DNA of 64,000 bases, from NCBI GenBank assembly GCA_050575255.1, contig JBNZDD010013586.1, forward strand, positions 65,512 to 129,511, read 5' to 3'. This document shows, piece after piece, positions 1 through 12,867 of the stretch. Position 1 is the first letter of the stretch. Every line of letters starts with the position of its first letter. The notes below the pieces were generated by a model, which saw only the letters and a program-made list of their open reading frames with translations, ran no database searches and was not told the DNA's origin. The position numbers and the translations under genes are program-made. The DNA is from Harriotta raleighana (taxonomy: Eukaryota).

Positions 1-395
1 GAGGGATCGGCCATTGCCATCAATGACCTGGTTCCCGCCTTTTTGGAGATGGTCTGGGCGGGCGGCGAGGACAGGGAGCGGTGGCTGGACAGTCGTTAAT
101 TGTTGTTGTTGTGTTTTCTATTGTTGTTGTTGTGTTTGTTTATTATTGTTGATTGTTATTTACTTTTTTGTTTATTATTGTTGATGTTGTTGTTGTTGTT
201 TACACTCCCCCTGCCCCCTGATTTTCCCCCTTTTTATTCTTCTCCTTCCCTCTCTCCCTTTCCTCCCTCTTCCCCCTTACCCCCCTTTCTCCCTGGTTTT
301 GCCTCCTACCCATCCTTCCCTCCCTCTTCCCACTTACCAACATTTCTCCCTCTTTGCCCTCCCTGATTTCCCCCTTGTCCCCCTTTCTCCCCCCC

Positions 396-619
396 NNNNN
401 NNNNNNNNNNNNNNNNNNNNNNNNNNNNNNNNNNNNNNNNNNNNNNNNNNNNNNNNNNNNNNNNNNNNNNNNNNNNNNNNNNNNNNNNNNNNNNNNNNNN
501 NNNNNNNNNNNNNNNNNNNNNNNNNNNNNNNNNNNNNNNNNNNNNNNNNNNNNNNNNNNNNNNNNNNNNNNNNNNNNNNNNNNNNNNNNNNNNNNNNNNN
601 NNNNNNNNNNNNNNNNNNN
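396..619. other. Assembly gap (N run); second gap at 33717-33752 and several single-N contig joins
   Basis: Directly visible. Confidence 0.99.
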
Positions 620-931
620 CCCCCCACCCCCCCCCCACTTGGCTGTACAGCGCTTTGGGACGTCCTCCCGACGTGAAAGGCGCTATATAAATAAAATTTT
701 GATTGATTGATTTGAATGCCTTCAGACATTATAACTCTGTAATTAGTAAACAAATTTTACTCTCCACCATTGCTTGTGAAAAAACAGTAATCAACATAGC
801 ACAAAACAACAACAACAAAATTACACTTGTATGGCGCCTTTCACGTCATGAGGACGTCCCAAGGCATTGGACAGTCATTCTTTCAGATTTCAAACATTTA
901 CATCTTAATTTAATATCAGCGCCGCACATAC

Positions 932-2114
932 CAAAGGCTATTTTTGATTCTGACAATCTCTCTTCATCGGTTGAGTCAATTACATATATTACACCATGTG
1001 ATTCCGCATAGTACTGAAACAAAGAAATTCAGAATTTGTAGATTTTAAAAGATCATTATAGCACATAAACATTATAAACTATTGCATTTAAATATTATAT
1101 AGGTTTGAGCACATTTTAAAATAATCTAGAATCATTACAATATGAATTAGTCTAAACTTGTTCTGTTGGTTTACAGAAATCTTGGAAAGAGAAAACCTTC
1201 CGACATTTAAATGGACTTAGCTGTCGCAAGGATGAAGATTTGTTAGCCTTGTGTAAGCCACACTGCCATCATGTGGTGAGAAATGTATTGTAAAAAGGCA
1301 ACAAAAAAAAACCCAAAAGGTATCAACTGGAAATAACACCTAATATGAGGTGCAGGCCATACTTTTATGCATTTATTTAACAAAATGCTTCAACTGTCAT
1401 CATTCCAAGCTGAATTCAAACCCAAATCATAGATCTACCTAAATCCAAATGTGATAACCCATTTTTCCACCAATATGTCATTCTTAAGACAAACAGAATA
1501 TCTTTCTAGCAAATCAAGTTTATATTAAAAGCATAAATGAACTGGAATAGTACCTTGTCCCACAGAGACTGGAGTTCCTCCTGGCCACCAAGATCCCAGA
1601 ACATAAGTCGTGCTGAAGCAACATCAATAGTTCCAACTGGAAAAAGCAACACAACATAGTTGAAAAGCTAGAGTACAACAAACAAATGCAAAAGAATAGA
1701 TACACAAATGTAGTTGATGACTTTACTCCATTAAAATAAGTTTGCAAATTAAAACAACTAGGACTCTAGAACACCAGAATGTTACATATAAAACATGTAA
1801 TCTAATTACCCAACAAACTTACTGTTTAGACCAACTGTAGTAGTTATCTTTGATAAACTCATTCCTTTGTAGTTTCTGTTAAACCTTGTTTTTGTCTGCT
1901 CCAGAAAGGTCTAAAGTAACACAAAAAAAATGAAAACATACAGATATACATTTCCTGTATCATGACTTCAGTTTCCACATTAACAAATAAATCACAGCAA
2001 ATAGCCTAATCATCAACTTACAGTTTTGCCTGCATTGTCCAAGCCTAGGATCAGAATGCAGTATTCATCTTTCTGGAACATGTACTTCCACAGACCTGAT
2101 AGTAATGTATACAT
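932..2114 (-). CDS. ARFRP1: ADP-ribosylation factor-related protein 1, 5' part (coding exons 2114-2022, 1910-1823, 1636-1554, 1013-932); remaining exons not found in the window
   Basis: Spliced translation MYTLLSGLWKYMFQKDEYCILILGLDNAGKT|TFLEQTKTRFNRNYKGMSLSKITTTVGLN|IGTIDVASARLMFWDLGGQEELQSLWDK|YYAESHGVIYVIDSTDEERLSESKIAF. It has the P-loop GLDNAGKT and WDLGGQ, all GT-AG boundaries with consistent phases, and lies head-to-head with ZGPAT as in human. Confidence 0.96.
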
Positions 2115-2146
2115 CCTACAAAAGAATCTACTGTTAAATAAGCAAT

Positions 2147-2650
2147 ACCAACAACAAAGTTACACTTGTATAGCACGTTTCATGTTGGGAGGACATCCTA
2201 AGGCACTGGACAATCAGTGTTGCAAACCTGAGCTGGGGGTCGATATCAGGTAGGGTGGAGGGTTGTGAGAGGAAGGAGGATGACTGAAGGCACGGTCGGA
2301 GAGAAATGTCTTGAGACAGGTCTTGAAGGTGAGGAGAGGCGGTGGAATAGCGGGTGGAGTTTCAGAGGGTGTGGAGACAGAATGGCTGAAGACCCGACCA
2401 CCCTGGGTAGGGGGCTAAGTCGCAAATATTGGGGGGAACAAGATGGAGCAGACCCGAGCCTGCTGAATGGGGGGGTGAGCAGACAGGTTGATAGGGTGTC
2501 AGCAGTTCAGAGATGTAGGAAAAGACAAAGTCATGAGGGCTTTGAAGGTGACGGCAAGGATTTTGAATTCTACCTTCTGATGGGGAACCAGTGGAGCCGA
2601 GCGAGGGTGGGGGGATGCCTTAAGTGTGAGCAGATCCCACAGCTTGATTT
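2147..2650 (-). mobile_element. L2 LINE 3' fragment
   Basis: Minus-strand remnants PPTLARLHWFP and KVEFKILAVTFKAL typical of the L2 ORF2 C-terminus; ends in the L2 tail plus (TTG)n. Confidence 0.75.
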
Positions 2651-3117
2651 GATGTCTTGACAAGAAAATACATAGTCCCTCCATTTGGCAGTAGCGCCTG
2701 AGAAGCACTTTGAGAAGTCCTTCCAACGTGATGAACAACAACAAAATTGCACTTGTATAGCAACCTTTCACGCCCACAAATATACAGTCAGTTTTTCCTG
2801 CTTTTCTTCCCCCGACCCCTCCCCCCACTTGACTGTACAGCGCCTTGGGACGTCCTCCTGACGTGAAAGGCGCTATATAAATATAATATATAAATAAATA
2901 AAATAAATAAATAGCAAGGTGCTGATCAAGGCATGATCAGGGGCCATACCAAACAATCAATTGCACTCAGCAGCGTACCCCCCACACACAGTCAGTCGTG
3001 GATTGGAAATGACCAATTTATTCTTATACTGTATTTTATTAAATCATATAAAATCGATTTTATTATTACAGTATATTCACCAAAATCCTGTCACCCNGGC
3101 TTTGGGTGGTGGGGGAG

Positions 3118-3155
<38 letters not shown>

Positions 3156-3649
3156 GTGTGGATGCATGGAGAGTGAGTGAATGAGTACGTACGTGTGTGG
3201 GTGGGGGGGGGGGGTCTGCTGGCCGTGCGAAAATCGTCCGCCGCGTTTCGCCCGCAAAATACACAAGTCGATTCACTTTGCGGCCTATTTCTGAGAAGCT
3301 CTTTTGAGGCGTCTGTCTGGAAGACGCGAAAAGCCGCCGCTGTCAAGAATTAAATCATTGTTATTATTATTATTATCGTCATCATCATGGCTGTTACCCT
3401 GAGGCAACAACGGCAAGGAAATCACATTTACACCCAGCAATGACGTCTGTCACGTTGGAAGGGGGTGTCCCAGGGTGCTGAACCTGTTACCCAGTCAGTT
3501 CGCTTCACGGCATATTCCTCTGAAGCGCTTTGGGACGTCTGGAAGACGTGAATCAAAACACTGTATCAAAATGCAAGGGATTATTATAATAATAATACTT
3601 ATTATTATTAAAAACAACCCCCCCCTCCCCCCACAAAAAAAAACACAGG

Positions 3650-4584
3650 CCTCGAAATTTACCCGACGAACTGACTTGAGGTCCTTTCACCTCCCTCTCC
3701 GGCTCCTGAACTCCCACCAGACGGGAAGGTTCGAGAAGCCCGGTCCTGGTTCCTACCTTTACGCGCTCCCCTCCATTTAAAGCCACCTTTTCCTGCTCCC
3801 TCCCCCCTCCTCTTCCTTCTCCCTCCTGTCGCCCGTCGCTTCCACCGACAACTAGCGCCGCCAACCGTCAACGGCCGCTGTCTCGCCGTCGTCGTCTGGC
3901 ATCTGGGGGAAGAGGGGAGGTGGGGGGGGGGGTGGGGAGAGCGGTAACTGGTGCCCAGCGCGCATGTCTCGCGAGGCGCTTTCTGGGAGGAATTGTAGTT
4001 CCCTTTCCCGCCTCCGAGGCCGGGCAGTGGGACGGGAGCAACTACAACTCCCAGGGTGCACCGCACCGCTCACGTCACCGCGCCCCCATCATCCCACCAC
4101 CTCCGTTCCCTTTCTTCCGTTCGCTTTAAGACGTGCGGCCGACCACCGTGGTGCGCATGTCTTTCGCGATGCCTTCTAGGAGTTGTAGTTCGTTGTTTTT
4201 TTTTGCCGCCGTCCCGGTCAGACAGTGAATGAGTGGGAAGAACTACAACGCCCAGGCTGCACCGCGCTGATGCCCGCTTGCCCTCGCTTCCCCTCCCCCA
4301 CACCCGCTCCCCGGTTCTCCGACGCTCGGCCCGGAGCCGCTGAGGGGGAAGCTCGGTGCAGACAGAGAGTGAGGGCTTATATATACACAGTATATATATA
4401 TATATACACAACTTGATTTAAACTGAGAGAAGTTGGAGCAGAGTTTGGACGGTGAGAGAGGGGGGGCGGAAAGTGTCCATTCTCCTCTCTTCAGGCTGAG
4501 GTGATGGCAGCGATGAGCGGCCTCTGAGAGACGGTTAATAACCAGAGAGACCCCCCTCCCCTCGCCGCCCCCGGAGCCGAAGCT
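3650..4584. promoter_or_regulatory. CpG-island bidirectional promoter of ARFRP1/ZGPAT with four ACTACAnnTCCCA-like (ZNF143/THAP11) motifs and a TCTCGCGAG motif
   Basis: GC- and CpG-rich. Motifs at 3982-4000 (-), 4041-4064 (+), 4174-4190 (-), 4242-4264 (+). TCTCGCGAG at 3967-3975. Candidate donor for an ARFRP1 non-coding exon (AAG|gtagga, minus strand) near 3756. Confidence 0.8.
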
Positions 4585-5430
4585 ATGGACGAGGCGAGTC
4601 TGGAGGCGGCCATCGAGCTCTACAAGGCCCAGCTGCGGCAGGTGGAGAGCGCCCTGGCCGCCGACACCCGACCCCAGCCCGAGGCCGAGACTGAAGCCGA
4701 AGCCGAAGAAGCCCGGGCCGACTTGCTGAGGCTTCGAGACGACCTGCAGCAGCTGATCCAGCTGACCGAGTCCAGCCTCCTGTCAGTCCGCAAGAGCCAG
4801 CTGCTGGAACGGCTGGACCGCGAGGCCGCCCCGGAGCCCGAGGCCGTGGCCGAGTCGGATCCCGCTCGGGAAGCGCGTTTGGACGCCGAGTACACGGCCT
4901 TCCAGGCCGCGGTGAGGAGCGAGCCGGGCGGTGAGGAGGACCCGGGGGAGAGAGGAGGAGGAGGAGGAGGAGATGAAGATGCAGATGATGATGAGGGAGA
5001 GGAGAGGGGTGAGGAGGAGCTGAGCGGCAGCAGAGTGAGCGCCCCGTACCGCACCCCGTGGGGTCAGCTCCAATATCACGACGCTATGATCGTGGGCCCC
5101 GAGAGCTCTCTGCCCCCGGAGCCCACCGCCCGGGTCCTGTGGATCTACCCGACTCACCGCTCCATGAGGCCCTGCCCTTGGTACCTGAGCGGGACCTGCC
5201 GCTTCCCCGAGAGCTGCAGGTCAGAGGCAGCGATAATCATCATCATCGTCAGCATAGCAATACAACAACAACAACAACTGGTAGAGCGCCTTTCACGTCG
5301 GGAGGACGGACGTCCCAAAGCGCTGAACAGTCAAGTCGGGACCCGAGCAGGGAGGGGGAGGGGGAAGGAGAGTGGGAGAGGGGGAAGAGGGAGCCGAAGG
5401 CGCGGTCGAAGAGGATGGTCTTGAGACCGN

Positions 5431-5527
<97 letters not shown>

Positions 5528-6089
5528 AGAGGCTGAAAACCCGGCCACCGATGGTTGGCGGTGAGGCCGGGGGACGCGGAGCGGGCCTGAGACGGCTGAA
5601 CGGAGGGTGCGGGCAGGCTGATAGGGAGACAGCAGGTCAGAGAGAGATAGGCGGGGGCAAGGCCGTGAGGGGGCTTGAAGGTGAGGACGAGGATATTTGA
5701 AGTCGATCCTCTGGGGGATGGGGAGCCAGTGGAGACGGGCGAGGGTGGGAGTGAGGTGGTCACGGGAGTCTGGTGCGGGAGAGAACACGAGCTGCAGAGT
5801 TCTGAATGATCTGCAGCCTGTGAAGGGAGGAGCTTGGAAGACCGACGAGGAGAGAGTTCCCGTAGTCGAGCCTGGAAGTGATAAAGGCGTGAATGAGGGA
5901 TCCTTGCATTTGATGTAGCGCTTTTCATCTCTTCTAGACGTCTCAAAACGCTTCATAGAATAGACCGCAAAGTGAATTGACTGTAAATGTGTGGGTTAAA
6001 TGTACAGGCAATTCACTTTACAGTATGTTGGAGTTACAATACTGAACAGTCATGAATAATCACTTGCCTTTTACAGTAAAGGCTTTTTT

Positions 6090-6124
<35 letters not shown>

Positions 6125-9100
6125 TCCTGTAGCACTCGCCTTGCAAACGAGACCTAGAATAATAATTTTTTTAAATCCTTGCATTTGATACAGCGCCTTT
6201 TCACGACTTCTAGATGTCTCAAAGCGCTTCACAGAATATACTGTATACTGAATTGACTGTGTATTTGTGGGGGGAAACGGCAGCGTTTGCGGGACACTGC
6301 TGTGCAAAAATGGCTGCAGCGTTTCGCCCAGAAATAAACGTGAAAAGCGCTATATCAAATGCAAGGATAATTATTATTGTGTCTTCGAGGCGCCTCAAAT
6401 CACTTCACAAAATGCACAGACAATATTCTGTGAAATGCTACGAGGCCTCTCGAAAACATAGTAAGGCGCTATATCAAATGCAAGGATTATTATTAAGGTG
6501 TATTGTCTGTATATTTTGCGGACAAAAGTATTCACGTGTAATTGATTTAATTCTTCTGTTTGGTCTCTTTTCGTTTCCCTTGATGCCTTTATTCTTCATG
6601 GGGGGAGAGGGGAAGGGGACGCAAGCAACAAAATGTCAGAATTAAGTCAACCCTCTGTTGTGGTCTCTGTGGGTTCCCGAGCCAGTATGTCTGCATTGCT
6701 GCTTATGAGCAATCATCAAGTAGCAGACTGTGGACTGGGATTATTCCCACTCAGATCCTGTCAACTTTACAAGCCAAGCTGGACAAGCAACAAGGAATTT
6801 GCTAAACAATGCATTCAATTGGTTTCTACACTGTTCAGTTTTAGCTGGTTAAACTCCAGCAGCACCCATGTGCACACAGGAATCCACAAGTCCTGGCTGT
6901 CTAAATTGTGAAAATATTCTCCAGAATTAGGTGAGCAAAGGACGTTTGCTCCAGGACGAAAGTCCATTTTGGACAGAGGTGGCAGACACATGCGAATTGT
7001 ACATTTACCAAAAGTTTAAAATAAAATGCATTTTAAAATAACCAAAATGTTTTAAAACTTTTTTTTTACAATATTTAAAAATATTTGTGTCTGACTAGAT
7101 ATTCCCATGGAGAGGTTGTGGCTGTGTCTGAATTGCGAGAGTGTCAGGAATTGGATCTCAGTTCACTTGAGGTGGGGTCAGCCTGTTTGGCTAAGTATGA
7201 AGATGAAATTTGGTACCCAGCTAAAATCCTCGGTAAGTGCAGCTAACATCCTCACCAAGTATCTTTTTAATAATTTGGTTGGGTAATTGTGCAGAATTCA
7301 GGTCTTGTGAAAGTCATTTTAGTGCTGAAGTATTTTAGTATTAGTTCTGATGGAGTGCGACCATTCTTTGAACGCTATGAATGCTTTGCTGTCTATAGTA
7401 TCCTAGTGTCTTTCATGTTGTATTAACTTTTCCATTGCTTGTGTGGTGTATTTACAGTGTTTCTTTCAAATTCTAAAGTCTCATAAAGTAAGGTATTTTA
7501 ATGAATTTTGATTTCTAAAGCAGATTTTATTTTTTTAAAAACTACCCCTGGAATATTTTAGTTTCAAGTTATATTGTATGCTGAACTGAATTATTAGCAT
7601 AGTACTGTTAATTTTTTTAAAAGTTCATTGTATGGATCTTGCCTAATATTCCGAGGATAATGTTGTGTTTTTCAGACATGGACAATGGTTATTTTACAGT
7701 AAAATTTGATTCCTTGCTTCAGAAGGAGATAGTAGTGGAGGGTGATGGGATTATGCCAGTACCTCGTAGCGAGGAGTCCTCTTCCTCCTCAGATTCGGAA
7801 GATGATGAGGCTCGACTTGGTTATGCAAAAGGTAATTATTACAGTGCGATGAGTTTGTCCTGAATTGTCAATAGTTTCCTTTAATTTGAACATCTTTACT
7901 TGACTCCCACCACAACATACATTGTGCTTTTAGGTTGCTATATTAGTACATGTAGACAAATCATGCACTCGCCTGTTTAAAACAAATCTGGACAAGAGAA
8001 TGTTGTTCTATTGTATTTGGTTACACTGTCCTGTTAACTGCCATCTCATTAACGCCCAAACTGAAGCTTGAAACAATTTTTTAATCTGTTCTACATTTTG
8101 TACTCTCTTCCCCTCGTTACCACAGTTTTCGATGCCAAATGTTTGGAGAAAGTAGAATGGACTCCACCCTGCACAGCCACCTTCGCAGGCTGGGAAACTC
8201 ACACCCGGGGAATGGGTTCCAAACTAATGGCTAAAATGGGCTACCAATTTGGAGAAGGTAAGATTGCGAGAAACTGCAGTGATTCATTTTGTAAATCCAG
8301 TGGAACAGGCTGCTGATGTGGTATCTTTGTTTGAAATAATAATAACTCTTGCATTTGATGTGGCACTTTTCACGTCTTCTAGACGCCTCAAAGCACTTCA
8401 CAGAATATACTGTAAAGTGAATTGATTGCATATTTTGGGGCGAAACGCGGCAGCCAAACAGTGCCCCACAAAGTGGTGGATTGAAATGACCAATTTTTTT
8501 TTTTTTTTTAAGGGCTGGGGAAGAATGCTGAAGGCCGGGTGGAGCCTGTGGAAGCAGTAGTCCTACCATCAGGGAAATCTCTCGATCAATGTGCTGAAAT
8601 CCTGCAGAATAAACGAGAAGGGAAACTGAACCACCTCCATAAGAAGAAACACAAGAGGAAAGGCCAGGGAGGCGTGCGAGTGACCAAAGTGCACAAACCT
8701 CGCCAGACTGTGTTTGACTTTTTGAACGATAAACTCGGAACTAATGGACAGTCTTGCGGTTCAGCACTTCAACCCATGGGGGAGAAGAACAGTAAAGAGT
8801 GTTACAGGGGCAGCACCACGATGAAGAAAACTCTCAATATCAAAGTTTTTCAGATAACGGAAAATATTGAACGCACTGAGAAGGATATTGTTAAAATTAC
8901 GGAGGCGTTATCAAGAAATGTTGGAAGGTATCTTGTCATATTTTAGCAGAAGTCGGGCAAATTCAGCACTCTAGTAAAGACTGTGGGTTCATGATGACAG
9001 TATTTGTACTATACTGTAACTACAGTGAAACTTTTTATGCACTGATAATATCTGAGATGCGCAGCATTTTACCCATCAATTACTTTTATTGCCAGAATTG

Positions 9101-9536
9101 ATGCTCAGAATTCTCTTTATCACACTTTTCTGTGTCCTTTTAGATCCCGATCCCCACATACTTTTAAAATGGGAAGAGAAAATAATGTGAAGTACAGGTG
9201 TTTATCTGTCGAAGAGTTATAAACTCGTGTCAGCTCAGTTGCCAACCTGAATATTTAGTTGTATGGTATGAGTGACGTCTTAATTTGGTGCTGAATGAGG
9301 GAAAGGTTACGGCTTACTCATCAGAGGAGCGTGAATAGATCCGTCTCCGCCGCATTAACTATGAATCTGTGTTTCAGTTTTCTTTGATTTCTTTCAGAGG
9401 TAAAGCCTTAACTGCTCACCTGGAAGAGAAGTTGTCCAACGCCAAGAAGCAACTGTCCCATTTAAAGTCACAGGAAGCCAGTGCTCAGCACGAACGAAAG
9501 AAAGCAGACACACACAAGAAGATGACTAAATTCTAA
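4585..9536 (+). CDS. ZGPAT: Zinc finger CCCH-type with G-patch domain protein, 536 aa (exons 4585-5219, 7099-7232, 7676-7831, 8126-8257, 8513-8927, 9398-9536)
   Basis: N-terminus MDEASLEAAIELYKAQL; CCCH finger CPWYLSGTCRFPESCRYSH split across exons 1/2; Tudor-like ACLAKYEDEIWYPAKI; G-patch [35 protein letters not shown]; C-terminus KADTHKKMTKF*. All introns GT-AG; total 1611 nt. AATAAA at 9891. Confidence 0.96.
5263..5897 (-). mobile_element. L2 LINE 3' fragment in ZGPAT intron 1
   Basis: DHLTPTLARLHWLPIPQRIDFK ... HGLAPAYLS ... YQPARTLRS; 3' tail CAGCGCTTTGGGACGTC..GACGTGAAAGGCGCT then (TTG)n. Confidence 0.85.
8336..8509 (-). mobile_element. 5'-truncated SINE of the dominant tRNA/Deu/L2-tail family, abutting ZGPAT exon 5
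   Basis: Reverse complement matches TTGGTCATTTCAATCCAC...CAGTCAATTCACTTTACAGTATATTCTGTGAAGCGCTTTGAG...ATCAAATGCAAG(ATT)n. Confidence 0.85.
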
Positions 9537-10384
9537 TTTGTTATATTTCCTTGCAATTGTCCACATTTCTGAAGCATACCAATTTGTGCCGTATTTGTTT
9601 CTATTTATTAGAAGGACTGTATTTCCAGCCGCTGTATTTTACACAGTGTTGGTCCTGGTATTTGCCTTGTCGTTTGGTGTTTAAATGTTTATTGTGGATG
9701 TTCTGGATTTCAGCTCAGAGAACCCAATTTGTTAAATACTATAACAACAAAATGACACTTGTATAGCGCCTTTCACGTCTATACTATAAGAGGTCAAATG
9801 TGTTGGCATTAACTTTGATAATGTTAAACAACTGTTTTAAGTGTTGTATAATTTTGAAATAACCTACTCCTACTTTTCTTCAGCATTTGAAATAAATCAA
9901 ATCCAAATTGTCTCCAAATTTTGACCTTTTTTAAAAAAAACATTGTACAGTAAAATTTAGAATGAGTTCATTCTACTGCCTACATAACTTTGTCAGTGTG
10001 TAAATCCTACCTGAAACTGCTAAAGCTCATTTATCATTGATGGCCATAACCAAATTAGTTGTCATCCTAACTCTATAGACACTCGACCCTTCACCTTTAA
10101 AGCTACCAAACTGGCACATCTCACTTCCATTTAGACTTACAGCTCAATTAGAGAATGTTCTGAAGGAATGTTATAGATTTGTAATTGTCGGAGGAAAATG
10201 AGGACATCCACCTGTACAGGTTGTTTAATATTAATCCTTGTATATAATATAGTGCCTATAATTCAGAGAATTCATGTATTTTTGTGCATAGTTTTGCGAC
10301 TGTATTTGTAGGCAAGCCACCAGCCAACCTGCAGATGCCCCAATGAAGGTCAATTAATAACCACTTTTATCAGGCAGGTAATTC

Positions 10385-10622
10385 GTGAGAACAAGGGCGA
10401 GCGACATTCTCGTCTTTTACAATGGGATTTTAATGTCAACCTGAAAAGGCAGACACAACCTCAGTTTAACAATTCTTCCGAAGGACTGTACCTGGGACAT
10501 TGACTTGCTGTCGGGGCAACGGACGAGATTAACCCAAACTATGAGCTGAAAATACTCACATGAGACTTGAGCCTCACAATCTTCTGAGACAGAGAGAGTA
10601 CAACCAACTGAGCAAGAGTGTG
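10385..10622 (-). mobile_element. Old Deu-domain SINE (SacSINE1-like), degraded
   Basis: Reverse complement shows a tRNA-like head GCTCAGTTGGT..ACTCTC..CTCAGAAG and Deu-like TTTCAGGTTGACATTAAAATCCCATT. Confidence 0.55.
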
Positions 10623-11055
10623 AGAAGAGTATGATGTTTCTGAGGGGAAATAACCTGTGACAACTACATTCTTCTCCCAATGTAACCTGTAGAACTTGTT
10701 TGAATAAAATTCAGAGGGGTTTAAGCTTTGAAACCTTTTCATTGTGTGTCATGTTCACGGGATACAGTTGATTTTACAGAAATGGATGGATGTTCATGCA
10801 ACATGCTGATGTAAATACAAGTGACTGATTGAACAGATTACTTGAAATTTGTGAAAATGCTTTGAAAAGAACCAATCTTAATTCTGTACGGTAAATTTTG
10901 CATCACCCTTGCCCCTTCTGAAATTGTCTGAAGTGTGAAATAAAGAGCTTCGCAGGATTTAATATAAAATGCACAAACTAGCATGTAGGCAAAGGTGGAG
11001 GGCAATTTGCATACAACAACATGCCACCATCAGCCATGAAGTGAATGACCAACAT

Positions 11056-11338
11056 TAATAATAATAATCCTTGCATTTAATATAGTGCTTTTCTTCTAGA
11101 AGCCTCAAAGCGCTTCACAGAATATATTGGAAAGTGAATTGACTGTATATATGTGGGTGAAATGCTGCAGCCTATTGTGCACAGCAATGTCCCACAAACA
11201 GACATGGATTGAAATGACCAAATTACTGTAGGTTTTTTTGGGCGGATTATTATTAAGCATGTGGAGAAAGGAAACTTTCCCATGGTTTCGCCCTGACCTG
11301 CCTGGATTCAAAACACAGGTCTCATGCTTGTGAGGCGA
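11056..11338 (-). mobile_element. Near full-length tRNA-derived SINE
   Basis: Matches the family consensus from the tRNA-like 3' half to the (ATT)n tail. Confidence 0.85.
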
Positions 11339-12867
11339 ACTATCTGGGAACTTGTTTTTCTCTACAGTAACTGATATAATTGCATTTGTTCCATCTCACA
11401 GTCTGATGCTGAAGCAAGGAATAAAAAGGTTAAGTGATATTAAGGTAATGTTAGTTATGCTTTGCATTTAATTTCACTTAAAATGAAGCACTTAAAATGT
11501 TTAATTTGTCACAACAGTTTCATGATAGAAATCCTAATACTATATTGTTATTACACTGTCAGAACTATAGTCATAAGGCAGCTTTAACATAATTTTTTTG
11601 CTCATTGCACCAAAATAAAATGAGTTCGAAAAGATTTGATGATAGCTACAAACTACCTGCCGCCAGGTGGCACCATATACAGGTAAATATCTTTCCACTT
11701 TTGCTTCCGAAAGTTAGTAGATTCACTATACAGTATGGTATTCTGCTTATTTCAGAAATGTTCCATTGTAAATATGCAGCCATTATTATAACTCCTTGTG
11801 TCAAGTGCCTGCTGTCCACATCTGAGAAGTAAACTTGCAGTTTTGTCTCTTGAAGCAAAGTTTTAAACAACATTAATTGCAAAATTTCTGCTTCCAGTCG
11901 TAACGACTGGCCTCCAAATCTTTAATGAAACCATGATTTGCCCTTCCCGTAATCGACAAGAAAATGAAAGATTCCAACTGCGAAGGGTCGTTTCGGTTTT
12001 AGTAGACCGAGAGCAAAGATTTCACAAAGAGATTTCATGTCACAGATAATTCTCTGGGCTGAAAGCTGCTAATATGGATCGTAACACTGATGAGAAGATT
12101 GCCAAAGAAGGAATGCATTACCCCCTATTGATTTTTAATGTTACTGTACAACAGAAAACCCTCAATTATCAACTAAATTTGAAAACCTGCCCAATTGATA
12201 CAAATAAATCTGGCCGAGCGTTTAATCAAAACAGAACCAACAAGTTAGAAATATCTCAATAAGTAGATATCTCATAGGAGGTAAATTAGAAATGTGTGAA
12301 AATAAGGATTTCAAAGCAGGATTTAAACTAGAAGCTGGGTGTGTGTGGACTGGCAGCAAATCAAATTTTTTAGGCTCAAACTTGCATAAAGTTTTCGCCT
12401 TTAAATGTACAATTATGCAGGATAATGCAAAATTAAATTGACTGAAAGGTCAGTTCTTTTTACATACTCTGGAAATGCACCTAGCAGATTAAACCAAATT
12501 GATGAATTTTTCAGAAACATTATTGTCGGAACATAAAGAATTGCCTTGCCCAGTTAGCAAAAAAAAGAGCAAGAATAGTTTATGCCTCTAGAAATAAAAC
12601 AATTCTACCAAGTTTTTCCAGTGTTTGTAGCCAACAACATTGCTCATTGAAACTCAACTGCATTTTACCATTGCGGGAGATGACTTCAGCTCACTGACTG
12701 ACTAGAGGAAGGGTATCCGCACACACTTTCCTGGTACTAACGATCCTTCACGAAGAATGTGTTCGCGGCAGCTCAAATGTTCAATTGATTGGGTGCGGTT
12801 ATGCAATGGATAACTAGTGCCTGAACATGCTTAATAATAATTCGCCCAAAAAAACCTACAGTAATTT

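Noticed and set aside
700-760. Possible ARFRP1 coding exon 5 (RVIMSEG-like)
   Set aside because: The required phase-1 frame hits a stop immediately after the candidate acceptor.
5220-5424. C-terminal part of the 279-aa ORF 4585-5424
   Set aside because: Read-through into intron 1 and an L2 tail; the true exon ends at 5219 and the CCCH finger is completed in exon 2.
5430-5524. Long pure poly-G run (also about 3119-3154) giving poly-Gly/poly-Pro ORFs and apparent G-quadruplexes
   Set aside because: Next to or near an N and inside GA-rich repeat tails; most likely a sequencing or gap-filling artefact.
6214-6645. Recurrent ORFs containing [26 protein letters not shown] throughout the window
   Set aside because: Translations of the non-coding SINE tail, not a protein family.
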